Below are positions 1 through 9,846 of a stretch of DNA of 64,000 bases, piece after piece; the first letter of the stretch is position 1, and the number at the start of each line of letters is the position of its first letter. This stretch comes from a virus. The notes under the pieces were generated by a model. The model was not told where the DNA came from. It saw only the letters and a list, made by a program, of their open reading frames with translations, and made no database searches. The position numbers and the translations under genes were made by a program. The DNA lies in IMG/VR virus record IMGVR_UViG_3300043499_000238, positions 1-64,000 of that record; one strand, written 5' to 3'.

Positions 1-2
1 CC

Positions 3-431
3 AAGGCGGGTGGCTGGGTCGGGCGCGCCGGGTGGGCGATCTCCCCGAGCATCGAGATGCTCTCCACTGCCACCGAGTACGCCGCCGTCGCATGCTCTGA
101 GTTCCTCCGACGTGGTCGCGCCGTCGCATGGCGCACCGTCGAGCAAGTGGTGGCACTGGCACCCCGTCGCTACGTCGACACCGAGGAGGCAGCCGAGATC
201 AACGACGAGTTCTTCGAGCTGACCCACGTCTACCCGTTGCTCGTGATCGACGGCGTGCAGTTGCTCGGCAGCACCGAGCACGAGGAGCGCGTGCTGTTGA
301 AGGTGCTCAACGAGCGCCTCATCCGCAGGGTCGCCACGATGGTGCTCGTGTCGCCCGCCTCGGCCACGGGAGAGGGCACCTCGGTGCTCATCCAGTTCCT
401 GCTCGCCAACTACCTCGCCGAGATCCTCTGA
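3..431 (+). CDS. C-terminal part of DnaC/IstB-like helicase-loader ATPase (5' truncated by window)
   Basis: Open from window start; Walker-B-like LLVIDGV followed by VLNERLIRRVATMV; lies upstream of DnaB. Confidence 0.5.
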   Translation, partial: KAGGWVGRAGWAISPSIEMLSTATEYAAVACSEFLRRGRAVAWRTVEQVVALAPRRYVDTEEAAEINDEFFELTHVYPLLVIDGVQLLGSTEHEERVLLKVLNERLIRRVATMVLVSPASATGEGTSVLIQFLLANYLAEIL

Positions 432-880
432 TGCAGGGCGGGGACATCGAGCAGACCGTGTCGTCGCGCTCCGCCGTCACGCTGATGCCGACGATCGTGC
501 CCGGCCTGCCTGACAACAAGCGTCACCGCTTCCGCTCCACCGAGCGCCAAGCCGATGACGCAGTGGCTGGTGTCCGCTTCAACGTGTTGATGCTGAGGTG
601 GATCGAGTCGATGGGCTACCGCAACTCGGTCGCCTTCGAGGTGTGGCACATCTCTCCGCTGACCGACCTGGAGAACGCCATCTTCGACCGGCTGGTCGAG
701 CGCCTCGCCGACTACTGCGAGCGCGGTGTCGTCGCCTGGGAGCACTACTCCGAAGAGATCGCCACCGAGGTGCTGATGGCCTCGCCCCACATCGACACGC
801 TGTACGACGGCGACCACGACAGGGTCGATCGCTGCTGGCGCTTCCGTGGCTACCGTGTCCCGATCAATGGCACGCCATGA
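431..880 (+). CDS. Conserved phage hypothetical protein (MQGGDI...)
   Basis: TGA/ATG overlap at 431; resembles the gene type found between loader and DnaB in actinophages. Confidence 0.65.
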   Translation: MQGGDIEQTVSSRSAVTLMPTIVPGLPDNKRHRFRSTERQADDAVAGVRFNVLMLRWIESMGYRNSVAFEVWHISPLTDLENAIFDRLVERLADYCERGVVAWEHYSEEIATEVLMASPHIDTLYDGDHDRVDRCWRFRGYRVPINGTP

Positions 881-1179
881 CTGAGCGCTTGTGGGGGCAC
901 GATGCGATGCGCATCGAGATCCCCTACGCCGTCGCCAAGATCATCGCCGACCGTGACCACCCGCATCGCGACGAGGTGCTCAACCACATCTCGACAGCAC
1001 TGGAGCAGATGCTCGCCAGCGCTTCGCTGATCGAGCCGACGCCGATCTCCACCATCCTCGAAGGGATCCTTCTCGACGGTGAGGACATGTCGATGGGGCC
1101 GGTGGCCTACATCCGCAAGACGTTCATGTCCGACGTCGAGCGCAGCTTCGCCACCCTCCAGACGGAGCTGGGTCTGTGA
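877..1179 (+). CDS. Hypothetical protein
   Basis: 4-nt start/stop overlaps on both sides; phage codon usage. Confidence 0.65.
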   Translation: MTERLWGHDAMRIEIPYAVAKIIADRDHPHRDEVLNHISTALEQMLASASLIEPTPISTILEGILLDGEDMSMGPVAYIRKTFMSDVERSFATLQTELGL

Positions 1180-2453
1180 GCGTCGAGTCCTCGATCATCA
1201 GCAACATCGTGCGGGGCGGCGGCGACGACGCACTGACCTACCTCCTCGCCCAGGGGATCACCGCCCAGTACTTCACCGAGCAGCGCACCAACGACGCCTA
1301 CGAGTTCCTGCTGGAGGAGTGGAACACCAACGGCGAGGTGCCGAGTCAGGAGCGCTTCGAGCGTCGCTTCCCCAACTTCCGCCTCGTGGTCGAGCCGGAC
1401 CGGCTGTCCGCTCTCGTCGGTGAGCTACGCAACCACTACGCCATCTCGATCGCACGCGAGCGCGTGCCGCGCATCACCGCCCGCTTCGCCATGCCCAAGG
1501 ATCAGTTCGAGCTGGCCCCTGCGATCGGTGAGCTGACCGAGCTGTTGGAAGCACTCAACCTCGCTCGCACCGTCAACGAGGTGGCGCTCATGTCCGAGCG
1601 CATCGACGCATACCTGGAGGCTCTGTTCGCAATGGATGGCAACGAGGTGCCCGGCATCCCCACCGGCTTCGTCTCACTCGACGCCGCCAGTGGTGGGTGG
1701 CAGCCCGAGAACTTCGGTGTGATCGGCGCCGCACCCAAGCGCTTCAAGACAGCGATCCTGACGTGGATGGCACTGGCCGCTGCCCGAGCTGGCTACCGCG
1801 TCAAGGTGGTCACGTTCGAGATGTCCATCAAGGAGCTGATGGACAGGCTCACCTGCTTCGGCTCGCAGGTGAGCTACACGCACATCCTGCGCGGCACGCT
1901 GAGCAAGAACGAGGTGCGCCGCCTCGGTGAGTTCGCCGACGAGTTCAAGGAGTGGAGCGGCGACATCGAGATCGTGCACGACGTGGCCGCAGCGACCACG
2001 CTCGGTGGTCTCTCGGCGATGGTGCGCTCGGGCGAGCGACCCGACCTGCTGATGGTCGACGGCCTCTACCAGATGACCGACGACAGCCGTGAGTGGTCCA
2101 ACGAGACAGCCGCCCTGACCGCCGTGAGCCGTGGCATCAAGCGCCTCGCTGCCACCCAGCAGATCGCCATCGTCGGCACGACACAGGCGCTCACCTCACG
2201 CATCACGCGCTCGCGCGGTACTGAGATGGACTCGCTCGGCTACACCCGTGCGTTCGCACAGGACGCCAACGTGGTGCTCGGCATTGACCGCACCGACATG
2301 CAGACGAACCAGGCGGTGCTCAAAGTGATCGGCGCTCGTGCGATGGCAGGCATCGCCATCACGATCACCGTGGACATGGACAGCGGCACGATCTTCGAGG
2401 GGGGTGAGGTCACCCTTGGCGGGGACGACGGATCCGAGTACGACGACGACTGA
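1176..2453 (+). CDS. dnaB: DnaB-like replicative helicase
   Basis: GIPTGF..LD...GG, variant Walker A GAAPKRFKT, FEMS, LLMVDGLYQM, SRGIKRLA, QDANVVL. Confidence 0.92.
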   Translation: MSVESSIISNIVRGGGDDALTYLLAQGITAQYFTEQRTNDAYEFLLEEWNTNGEVPSQERFERRFPNFRLVVEPDRLSALVGELRNHYAISIARERVPRITARFAMPKDQFELAPAIGELTELLEALNLARTVNEVALMSERIDAYLEALFAMDGNEVPGIPTGFVSLDAASGGWQPENFGVIGAAPKRFKTAILTWMALAAARAGYRVKVVTFEMSIKELMDRLTCFGSQVSYTHILRGTLSKNEVRRLGEFADEFKEWSGDIEIVHDVAAATTLGGLSAMVRSGERPDLLMVDGLYQMTDDSREWSNETAALTAVSRGIKRLAATQQIAIVGTTQALTSRITRSRGTEMDSLGYTRAFAQDANVVLGIDRTDMQTNQAVLKVIGARAMAGIAITITVDMDSGTIFEGGEVTLGGDDGSEYDDD

Positions 2454-2457
2454 GCAA

Positions 2458-3372
2458 GTGCTGCGCAGCCTCGGCGTGCGCATCACATCGATCGGCTCGC
2501 AGATCCGCGGCCACTGCCCGGTGCACAAGTTCGTCACTGGCCACGAGGACTCCAACCCCTCGTGGGGGATGAACGCCGTCACTGGTGCCTGGCTGTGCTT
2601 CTCGTGCCACGAGACAGGATCACTGCCCACGCTCGTGGAGCTGCTCGGTGGCGACCCCGACAACCTCTCCGAGCTGATCCTCCACAACGCACACGAGCAG
2701 CTCGTCGCCGCCCTCGATGAGACCGAGGTCGAGGAGGTCGAGCCGCAGCCGTACGTGTCGGCGTACGCCTTCAACAAGAACCCGCTGCCGCCGCAGAGGA
2801 TGATCGAGTCGCGTGACCTCGACGTCGACACCTGCACCGAGATGAACATCCGATGGGACAAGGAGGGCCGCTGCTGGCTGCTGCCGATCTACGCCTTCCA
2901 AGGTGCACTGCTCGGTTGGCAGGAGAAGAGCACCGGGTACTTCAACAACGTGCCGAAGGGCGTGATGAAGCGTGACTCGCTGTTCGGCTACCAACTGCTG
3001 ACCGGCACCCAGCAAGTCATCGTGGTCGAGTCGCCACTCGACGCCGCACGCTTCCACCGGTACGGGTACGAGGCGGTGTCCATCTACGGCAGCTATATCT
3101 CCACCGAGCAGATCGAGGCGATCGCCAACGTCGACCCGCGTCAGCGCGTCACCGTCGTGCTCGCCTTCGACAACGACCACGCCGGGCTGACCGCAGCCTT
3201 CTGGTCCTCGCTCCAGTTCCTCGGACTCGGTGTCGACGTCATGTACTTCACCTACCCTGACCCTTCACGCCCCGACGACCCCGGTGACCTCGCACCCCGA
3301 GATCTCCACCGAGGAGTGCGTACAGCGTCCCGCATGATGCCCAAGCCAGTGTGGGTCATTGGACAACGTTGA
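2458..3372 (+). CDS. DNA primase (CHC2 zinc finger + TOPRIM); start approximate
   Basis: CPVH..HEDSNPS..WLCFSC zinc finger; VVESPLDA and AFDNDHAG TOPRIM motifs; DPGD. Confidence 0.9.
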   Translation: MLRSLGVRITSIGSQIRGHCPVHKFVTGHEDSNPSWGMNAVTGAWLCFSCHETGSLPTLVELLGGDPDNLSELILHNAHEQLVAALDETEVEEVEPQPYVSAYAFNKNPLPPQRMIESRDLDVDTCTEMNIRWDKEGRCWLLPIYAFQGALLGWQEKSTGYFNNVPKGVMKRDSLFGYQLLTGTQQVIVVESPLDAARFHRYGYEAVSIYGSYISTEQIEAIANVDPRQRVTVVLAFDNDHAGLTAAFWSSLQFLGLGVDVMYFTYPDPSRPDDPGDLAPRDLHRGVRTASRMMPKPVWVIGQR

Positions 3373-3398
3373 ATGATGGTGCTATACTCATGGCTGTG
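3359..3398 (+). promoter_or_regulatory. Class-1 leaderless promoter with CGTTGAATGA operator-like motif
   Basis: TTGGAC-18nt-(TGC)TATACT-7nt-GTG; same architecture as the 22-32 kb repeats. Confidence 0.7.
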
Positions 3399-3593
3399 AC
3401 CCTGACCACCAACCCGCGCAACGTCAAGTACATCAAGCGACCCGCCCCCGAGCCACACCTGTGGGCGTGCGAGCACTGCGACTCCCACGTCATCCTCTAC
3501 GTGCAGCCGGTCGAGGTGTTGCACCGCTGCCTCCGAACGAGGAACACTCGCCGTCTGGTCGAGCGCCCGCTCGGCTGGAAGCGCACCGCATGA
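3396..3593 (+). CDS. Small Cys/His protein
   Basis: GTG 7 nt after -10 box; CEHC...HRC; ATGA overlap with helicase. Confidence 0.6.
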   Translation: MTLTTNPRNVKYIKRPAPEPHLWACEHCDSHVILYVQPVEVLHRCLRTRNTRRLVERPLGWKRTA

Positions 3594-5173
3594 TCCAAGG
3601 CGTCACCCTCCGCAGCTACCAGAACGAGGCCGTCGAGATGATGGTGGCTCGTGGGCGCGCCCTGCTGTCTCTGTGCATGGGTGCGGGCAAGACCGTCACC
3701 TCACTGGCCGCCGTCGAGGAGCTGATGGACGAGGGCGTCGTCGCCCGTGGTCTGGTGATCGTGCCCGCCTCGTTGAAGTACCAGTGGCAGCGAGAGATCC
3801 GACGCTTCACCGGCCGCCACGCACTGGTCATCGACGGCAGCCCGAGCGCACGCAAGAACCTCTACGCCTTCGTGCCCAAGACCATCTACACGATCGTCAA
3901 CTACGAGACGCTGCGCAGTGCCAAGGACTGGAAGTACTGGCGGGACGCCGACTTCGACTTCCTCATCATCGATGAGATCAGCTACTGCAAGTCGCCGACG
4001 GCGCAGCGCACCAAGAAGGTGCGCTTCATGTCGAAGCGTTGCGACGTGGTGTTCGGGCTAACAGGTCAACCAGTGGAGAACAGAGCCGAGGAGCTGTACT
4101 CGATCATGCAAGTGGTCGACCCCATGGTGCTCGGTGACTACCGAGTCTTCGACCGCACGTTCATCGTGCGCGACCACTGGAACAAGCCGGTGCGCTACCG
4201 CAACTTGAAGACGTTGCGCAAGACGATGTCCGACGTGATGTACCGCAAGACGCGCGACGACATCGCCGACCAGTTCCCTCGCCTCGTGAGCACGGTGGTG
4301 CCGTTCGACATGTCAGCGTCGGAGCACAAGCTCTACAACGTCGCTGCGATACACACGCTCGGCCGACTCGCCGAGGCGATGGAGCGGTACGGCCCGAGCT
4401 TCTCGTTGGCACAGCACTACGGCGAGGCCGACGACAACGCAGAGTCGATGAAGATCCGCGGCGACATCATGGCCGGGATGCTGTTGCTCCGGCTGATCGC
4501 CGACGACCCGCTGCTCGTCATCGACTCGGCCCGCCTGTTCGAGGAGAACGTGGACGACAAGGGCCACAGCAAGGTCGGCTCGGCCCTCGCTTACGACTTC
4601 GTCAAGGCCGGGCTGCTCGACCACGTCGGCGAGGTGTCAACCAAACGTCAACTGTTCGCCGAGCTGCTCGCCGACGTGTACGAGGAGGATCCACGCAACA
4701 AGGTCGTCGCCTTCTCGACCTTCAAGGGGATGATCCGTCGGGTGCAGGACGACGTCGCCGACATGACGCGCAGCGTGCAGTTCACCGGGGACATGAACGC
4801 ATGGCAGAAGAGCCAGGCGATGGCGACGTTCAAGGACAGTGACGACTGCCGCCTGTTCCTGTCGAGCGATGCCGGTGGGTACGGCGTCGACCTGCCCGAG
4901 GGCAACCACCTGTTCAGCCTCGACCTGCCGTGGTCGACCGGCGCCTTCGAGCAGCGCGAGGCCCGCATCATCCGCATCAGCTCCGAGTGGGAGCACGTCA
5001 ACCTGATCAGCCTCCAGGCCGCAGGCTCCATCGATGAGCGCATCTACGAGATGATCAACGCCAAGCACGGGGTGAGCGCCGCCTTCATCGACGGCAAGTT
5101 CGACAGCCAGGGGATCCACACCCCGACCCTCGGCTCGCTCACCGCCTTCCTGTCGGCCAACCTTGTGTCGTGA
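3590..5173 (+). CDS. SNF2-family helicase
   Basis: LRSYQ, MGAGKT, IIDEIS, LTGQPVEN, SSDAGGYGVDL, QREARIIR. Confidence 0.92.
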   Translation: MIQGVTLRSYQNEAVEMMVARGRALLSLCMGAGKTVTSLAAVEELMDEGVVARGLVIVPASLKYQWQREIRRFTGRHALVIDGSPSARKNLYAFVPKTIYTIVNYETLRSAKDWKYWRDADFDFLIIDEISYCKSPTAQRTKKVRFMSKRCDVVFGLTGQPVENRAEELYSIMQVVDPMVLGDYRVFDRTFIVRDHWNKPVRYRNLKTLRKTMSDVMYRKTRDDIADQFPRLVSTVVPFDMSASEHKLYNVAAIHTLGRLAEAMERYGPSFSLAQHYGEADDNAESMKIRGDIMAGMLLLRLIADDPLLVIDSARLFEENVDDKGHSKVGSALAYDFVKAGLLDHVGEVSTKRQLFAELLADVYEEDPRNKVVAFSTFKGMIRRVQDDVADMTRSVQFTGDMNAWQKSQAMATFKDSDDCRLFLSSDAGGYGVDLPEGNHLFSLDLPWSTGAFEQREARIIRISSEWEHVNLISLQAAGSIDERIYEMINAKHGVSAAFIDGKFDSQGIHTPTLGSLTAFLSANLVS

Positions 5174-5202
5174 CTCCGGTCGTTGCTATCGTCACCGGGA
5201 TG
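5163..5202 (+). promoter_or_regulatory. Class-1 leaderless promoter for the Tad1-like gene
   Basis: TTGTGT-18nt-(TGC)TATCGT-CACCGGG-ATG. Confidence 0.65.
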
Positions 5203-5520
5203 GAGCAACCGTTCGACAGTCAGAACAACGACGACGACGAGGGCAACCCAGCCGGGGGGTACGTGGATGGGGTGGGCCTGCACATTCGGTGGCAGGACGG
5301 CCCGCTCGGGCGCGGTGAGCACCGCTCGGCGCCCAACGGTGCGTTCGTGGAGACCGTGCTCGCCGCCGCCAAGCAGCGGATCCAGTACTACCAGCGATCG
5401 AGGTTCGCCTGCGACGAGAACGCCGAGGCGCTCGGCTTCATCGAGCAGGCACTGATGGTGCTGCACCAGCGCACCGCCCAGCGCGAGGCACGCAAGGTCG
5501 AGGGAACGCACGCCGTCTGA
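5200..5520 (+). CDS. tad1: Tad1-like anti-defence nucleotide sponge protein
   Basis: IRWQDG...NG...VL....RIQYYQ..RF...ENA.AL..IEQALM.L..R...R..RKVEGT matches the Tad1 family pattern. Confidence 0.75.
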   Translation: MEQPFDSQNNDDDEGNPAGGYVDGVGLHIRWQDGPLGRGEHRSAPNGAFVETVLAAAKQRIQYYQRSRFACDENAEALGFIEQALMVLHQRTAQREARKVEGTHAV

Positions 5521-5954
5521 TGCCGCGCCTCACGCCGACACCGAAGCGTGTGCTCACACCGGTCACCCTGCCCGAGTACTTCGCTCACTACCTCGCCGAC
5601 AAGCAGGCGGTCGACGCACTGACCGCCAAGGTCAACGGGATGAAGGCCACGCTGATGGCGTACCTCGAAGAGCACGGCATCGAGAACGAGAAGGGCCACC
5701 GCACACTCGTGGTCGACGGGGTCGGCACGATGACGCGCGAGCAGCGCATCAGCGAGGTGTTCCTCGACACCGTCGCCGAGCGGTGGTTGAAGCGCAAGGG
5801 CAAGCGCGACGAGGTGATCAAGGAGGTCATGGTGGAGGAGTGGGACTTCGACGCCTTCATGGCGCTGCTGTACGAGGAGAAGGTGCCACAGTCCGTGGTC
5901 GACACGTTCTACGAGCGCAACCCAGTGTTCGCATTCAAGGCCAAGCGAGCATGA
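5520..5954 (+). CDS. Hypothetical coiled-coil phage protein
   Basis: Coupled to neighbours; N-terminal coiled coil. Confidence 0.7.
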   Translation: MPRLTPTPKRVLTPVTLPEYFAHYLADKQAVDALTAKVNGMKATLMAYLEEHGIENEKGHRTLVVDGVGTMTREQRISEVFLDTVAERWLKRKGKRDEVIKEVMVEEWDFDAFMALLYEEKVPQSVVDTFYERNPVFAFKAKRA

Positions 5955-6223
5955 GCCGCTTCGAGGCGTCGGTACGTCAGGTCGACTTCGGTCGCGAGAT
6001 CGAGATCGGTGTCACCGACACCGAGAACCCGTCGAGGCACATGGTCATCCGTGTGCCCGAGATCCACGTCGATGACGTCGCCGAGATGCTGCAGGCTCTG
6101 CTCGATCAGCTCAACCTCCACCGCAAAGGGGAAGACCCCAAGGACATCACGGCGCCGTCGTTCGACCGGCTCGTCGCGGCGTTCGAGGACGAGGTGAAGA
6201 CCTCACGAGGCGACGACGGGTGA
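5951..6223 (+). CDS. Hypothetical protein
   Basis: ATGA overlap; phage codon usage. Confidence 0.6.
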   Translation: MSRFEASVRQVDFGREIEIGVTDTENPSRHMVIRVPEIHVDDVAEMLQALLDQLNLHRKGEDPKDITAPSFDRLVAAFEDEVKTSRGDDG

Positions 6224-6375
6224 CCAAGGTGATCGAGCGCCCACCGATCGTCCATCAGCTACGTGAGTTCCGCAACGGCGTGGTCACCACCAAGTGCGGC
6301 AAGGAGGGCAAGGCCGCCGAGCTACCGCACTCCTCGTGGCACGTCGACATCACCTGCGACGAGTGCTCACCGTGA
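6220..6375 (+). CDS. Small zinc-finger-like protein (51 aa, below ORF-track cutoff)
   Basis: GTGA overlaps at both ends; H...KCG...ITCDEC. Confidence 0.55.
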   Translation: MTKVIERPPIVHQLREFRNGVVTTKCGKEGKAAELPHSSWHVDITCDECSP

Positions 6376-6833
6376 AGCACGACGCCGCCAAGATGGACGC
6401 CGTCTTCGGCAACGTCGTGGAGAGCATCACCTCCGTTTCCAAATGGCGTGAGCAAGCGACCCCTCCTCCAGAAGTGAAGAGCTGGGACCGCAACCCCGTC
6501 GTGTTGAAGCGCAAGGGCGTGGTCGAGGAGTACTTCGACGTGGCCGCCATGGGCGAGGCGCTCGGGCGTCGCGGCGTGACCATCCGCTCGTGGGAGGAGA
6601 AGGGGTTCCTGCCCAAGGCGTGGTACCGCACCAAGCCACCGCGCCCGTTCAAGAACACCGGCAAGGTCATCGCCGGGCGGCGCCTGTACACGCGCCAGCA
6701 GATCGAGGCGGTCATCGCAGCCGCCAAGGTGTCGCGGGTCTATGATCCCGCCGACAGCCGCATCGCTGATTGGCCTGAGTTCACCCGCCTCGTGCGGGCA
6801 GCCTGGTCGGCGCTGTGGGCATCATCCATCTAG
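6372..6833 (+). CDS. MerR-like HTH DNA-binding protein
   Basis: ALGRRGVTIRSWEEKGFLP...GRRLYTRQQI. Confidence 0.8.
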   Translation: MKHDAAKMDAVFGNVVESITSVSKWREQATPPPEVKSWDRNPVVLKRKGVVEEYFDVAAMGEALGRRGVTIRSWEEKGFLPKAWYRTKPPRPFKNTGKVIAGRRLYTRQQIEAVIAAAKVSRVYDPADSRIADWPEFTRLVRAAWSALWASSI

Positions 6834-6849
6834 ACAATGGAGCACAACC

Positions 6850-7710
6850 ATGTTGATCACGAGCAGCGCGAAGAAGGCTGCACCGGCCAAGAAGGCCGCA
6901 GCCCCGGCGAAGAAGACCGCCGCCCCCGCCAAGAAGGCAGCCGCCCGACCGCGGTACGACGACGACGATGACGATGACGATGCGCCACCGCGCAGCGAGC
7001 GACGACGTGCTCGCGAGAACGGTGGTCGTGGACGTGAGGGTGGTGCGAAGAAGTCAGCCGCCAACGGTGCCGCCGCCGCTGCTGCTCGCAGTGGCACGGC
7101 CAAGGCTGGGTGGCGCGAGGCCGACGAGGTGTTCCAGGGTGGCGAGTTCGCCAACAACCTGACGATGAAGGACGGCGAGGAGATCGTCATCCGCTTCCTC
7201 GAAGACCAGCCGTACGCATCGCTGCGCATCCACTGGTTGGACCGCAAGGGCAAGCGCTCGTACCCGTGCCCCGGCGATCGCAAGAAGGACACCGCCAACA
7301 ACGGGTGCCCGCTGTGCGCCTACAACATCAGCTACAAGAGCGAGTCACGGTTCAACGTCGCTGTGCTGACCGACGAGGATCCGGTGGTCAAGTCACTGAC
7401 CGCCACGCCCCGCACCAAGAAGCGCATCCAGAGCCACGCCGACTCCAAGCACGGCCCGCTGTCTCGCAAGTACTACTTCTACCGACGCACCGGTACGAAG
7501 TTCGACACCGAGTACACGTTCGAGGTGGCACGTACCGTCAATGACGTCAAGGAGGACTACCCGGGCGTCTACATCCCCACCGAGGAGGAGCTGGCCGAGC
7601 TGGTGCTGTTCACCACCGAGCAGGCGAACAAGGAGTTCGCACCGCTCAGTGAGATGCGCAAGGTCGCTGCCGAGATCGTGTCCGGCGAGGACGAAGACGA
7701 CGACGAGTAG
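6850..7710 (+). CDS. Single-stranded DNA-binding protein with N-terminal PAKK repeats
   Basis: IRFLED..HW..YPC..CPLC core, acidic C-terminus EDEDDDE, adjacent to polymerase. Confidence 0.7.
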   Translation: MLITSSAKKAAPAKKAAAPAKKTAAPAKKAAARPRYDDDDDDDDAPPRSERRRARENGGRGREGGAKKSAANGAAAAAARSGTAKAGWREADEVFQGGEFANNLTMKDGEEIVIRFLEDQPYASLRIHWLDRKGKRSYPCPGDRKKDTANNGCPLCAYNISYKSESRFNVAVLTDEDPVVKSLTATPRTKKRIQSHADSKHGPLSRKYYFYRRTGTKFDTEYTFEVARTVNDVKEDYPGVYIPTEEELAELVLFTTEQANKEFAPLSEMRKVAAEIVSGEDEDDDE

Positions 7711-7713
7711 CCC

Positions 7714-9846
7714 ATGGTCATCACCTCCGCCGAGGATCTCCGCGAGCTAGTCAAGGAGTACATGCGGCGGGATGAGTTCGTCTTCGACTTGGAGACGCGC
7801 TTCATCCCGCCGCCCGACCAACAGGCCGAAGCCGAGCGACTGCGTGAGCTGTCGCCGAAGGAACGCAGCGTCGATGAGAAGGCGTGGCTTGTCGAGTACG
7901 ACATGCGCGCCACCGACGAGCGCCTCAACGAGGTGATCTGGTTCGGCCTCGCCACGCTCGGGCGCTCCGACTCGGTGGCCTGCGGTCACCCCAATGGTGT
8001 GATGTTGAAGCCAGCTCGCATCGAGAAGGTCTCGGTGCAGGAGGTGTATCCCGAGGGCCACCCCAAGCGCACGACGAAGAGCGGCATGCCCTCGTGGGCC
8101 AAGGTGCCACGCTCACTGCCCGCAGTGTTCGGTCCACCACCACCGCAGGTGCGCATCGATCAGGCCATCGAGATCCTCGAACCACTGATGTTCAGCGAGC
8201 GTCGCAAGGTCAACCAGAACCTGCGCTTCGACATCCGCTCGTTGGTCAAGTACTACGGCACCCTGCCGCCCGGCCCGTACGGTGAGCTGCAGGTGGCACT
8301 GCACCTGCTGGACGAGAACCGCTTCCTCGGCTGGGACTTGGAGAACTTCGTAGACAAGGTGCTCGGGCACACGTACGACAAGCTCGGCAAGAAGGGCGTC
8401 ACCAACTTCTCCTTCGCTGCCGCCGCCCGCTACGCCGAGCAGGACGCCCGCTTCACCTGGCTGCTGTGGACCGACGCCCGACGCAGGCTGCACAAGAACC
8501 CGGTGATGTGGGAGCTGTTCGAGTTCGAGATGGAGGTGGCGCAGGCGCTGCGCGATCAGGAGATCCACGGCATCAAGGTCAACACCGCCGTGATGAACGA
8601 GCTGCGCGCTCGCTACGAGGCCACGGCCCAGGGCATCCTCGATCGACTCATCACCGACTACGGAGCGTCGCCCACGTTCAACCCCAACGCCACGCTGCAG
8701 AAGGCGGCGCTGCTCTACGACCAGCTCGGCGCCAAGACCGTGACGTACACACCGAAGACCGCCAACATCTGTGTCGACGCCAAGGCGTTGAAGGGTGTCG
8801 TCGCCGAGGGTGGACCAGCCGGTGAGGCAGCGGGGCTGCTGCTGACCCACGCCGAGCACGCCAAGGTGATCGGCACGTACTTCGTCGGCATGTCATCGAA
8901 GCTGCACGAGGACGACTACCTCTACCCGAGCTTCAACCAACACCAGACGGTGACCGGCCGCCTGTCGTGCTACATGCCCAACCTCCACAACATCCCTCGT
9001 GGCTCCGACATCCGAGCGATGTTCATCCCCGAGAAGGGGGAGGTGATGATCGCCGCCGACTACGACCAGATCGAGCTGCGCTTCATCTGCATGTACGCAG
9101 AGGACGAGACGATGCGCGACCTCTTCCTCGGTGACGAGGACATCCATACCGCCACCGCCGCACGCATCCGCGGCGTCGACCCGACGCTGATCAGCAAGGA
9201 GGAGCGCACCGTCTACGGCAAGACGCCCAACTTCCTCATCGGCTATGGCGGTGGTGCCTACCGCCTGCACCAGCAGACCGGCATCGAGATCGACCGCGCC
9301 CAGGAGATCATCGACCGGTACTTCAAGACCTTCCGTCGCATCCTGCCGTGGAAGATGCGCGAGCTGTCGATGGCCCGCAGCCGGGCGCGCTGGGTCACCC
9401 GTGAGGATGGCCGCCGTCGCCTCGCCTCACCGCCCTACGTCGAGACGATGCTCGGTCGGCGGCGCCGCATCCCTGCCCTGGTCAACGTGGATCCACGCCG
9501 TGCCGCCACCAAGGAGGAGTGGAAGAAGCTCAACGCCAAGGTGAATGCGGCAGAGCGACAGGCGATCAATGCTATCGTTCAAGGCTCCGCCGCAGACACG
9601 ATCAAGCTCGCCATGGTGGACATCCGACGACACCTGGCCGAGACGGGGTTCCCGTTGACGCCTGTCCTGAATGTCCACGACGAGATCGTCGCCGTGTGCC
9701 CGGAGGAGTACGCCGAGGAGGGCTTGAAGGTGCTGGTGAGCAGGATGGAGGGCGTCGTGAACTACCGCACGGGAGAGCCGCCTCTGCAGGGCTGGGTGCC
9801 ACTGCTGGCCTCGGGAACGATCGGTGACCGCTGGGCCAAGTCATGA
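7714..9846 (+). CDS. polA: DNA polymerase, family A (3'-5' exonuclease + polymerase)
   Basis: FDLET, NLRFD, YAEQD; TGRLS..PNLHNIP, ADYDQIELR, K..NF..YG, QGSAAD, VHDE. Confidence 0.96.
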   Translation: MVITSAEDLRELVKEYMRRDEFVFDLETRFIPPPDQQAEAERLRELSPKERSVDEKAWLVEYDMRATDERLNEVIWFGLATLGRSDSVACGHPNGVMLKPARIEKVSVQEVYPEGHPKRTTKSGMPSWAKVPRSLPAVFGPPPPQVRIDQAIEILEPLMFSERRKVNQNLRFDIRSLVKYYGTLPPGPYGELQVALHLLDENRFLGWDLENFVDKVLGHTYDKLGKKGVTNFSFAAAARYAEQDARFTWLLWTDARRRLHKNPVMWELFEFEMEVAQALRDQEIHGIKVNTAVMNELRARYEATAQGILDRLITDYGASPTFNPNATLQKAALLYDQLGAKTVTYTPKTANICVDAKALKGVVAEGGPAGEAAGLLLTHAEHAKVIGTYFVGMSSKLHEDDYLYPSFNQHQTVTGRLSCYMPNLHNIPRGSDIRAMFIPEKGEVMIAADYDQIELRFICMYAEDETMRDLFLGDEDIHTATAARIRGVDPTLISKEERTVYGKTPNFLIGYGGGAYRLHQQTGIEIDRAQEIIDRYFKTFRRILPWKMRELSMARSRARWVTREDGRRRLASPPYVETMLGRRRRIPALVNVDPRRAATKEEWKKLNAKVNAAERQAINAIVQGSAADTIKLAMVDIRRHLAETGFPLTPVLNVHDEIVAVCPEEYAEEGLKVLVSRMEGVVNYRTGEPPLQGWVPLLASGTIGDRWAKS

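Noticed and set aside
1176-2453. DnaB as an inactive pseudogene because of the PKRFKT Walker A
   Set aside because: Catalytic Lys-Thr and the other helicase motifs are intact and the frame is uninterrupted
7714-9846. Intein or intron in DNA polymerase (also checked RecA, DnaB, TerL)
   Set aside because: Insertions are short loops without C/S...HN intein ends or LAGLIDADG motifs; reading frames are continuous
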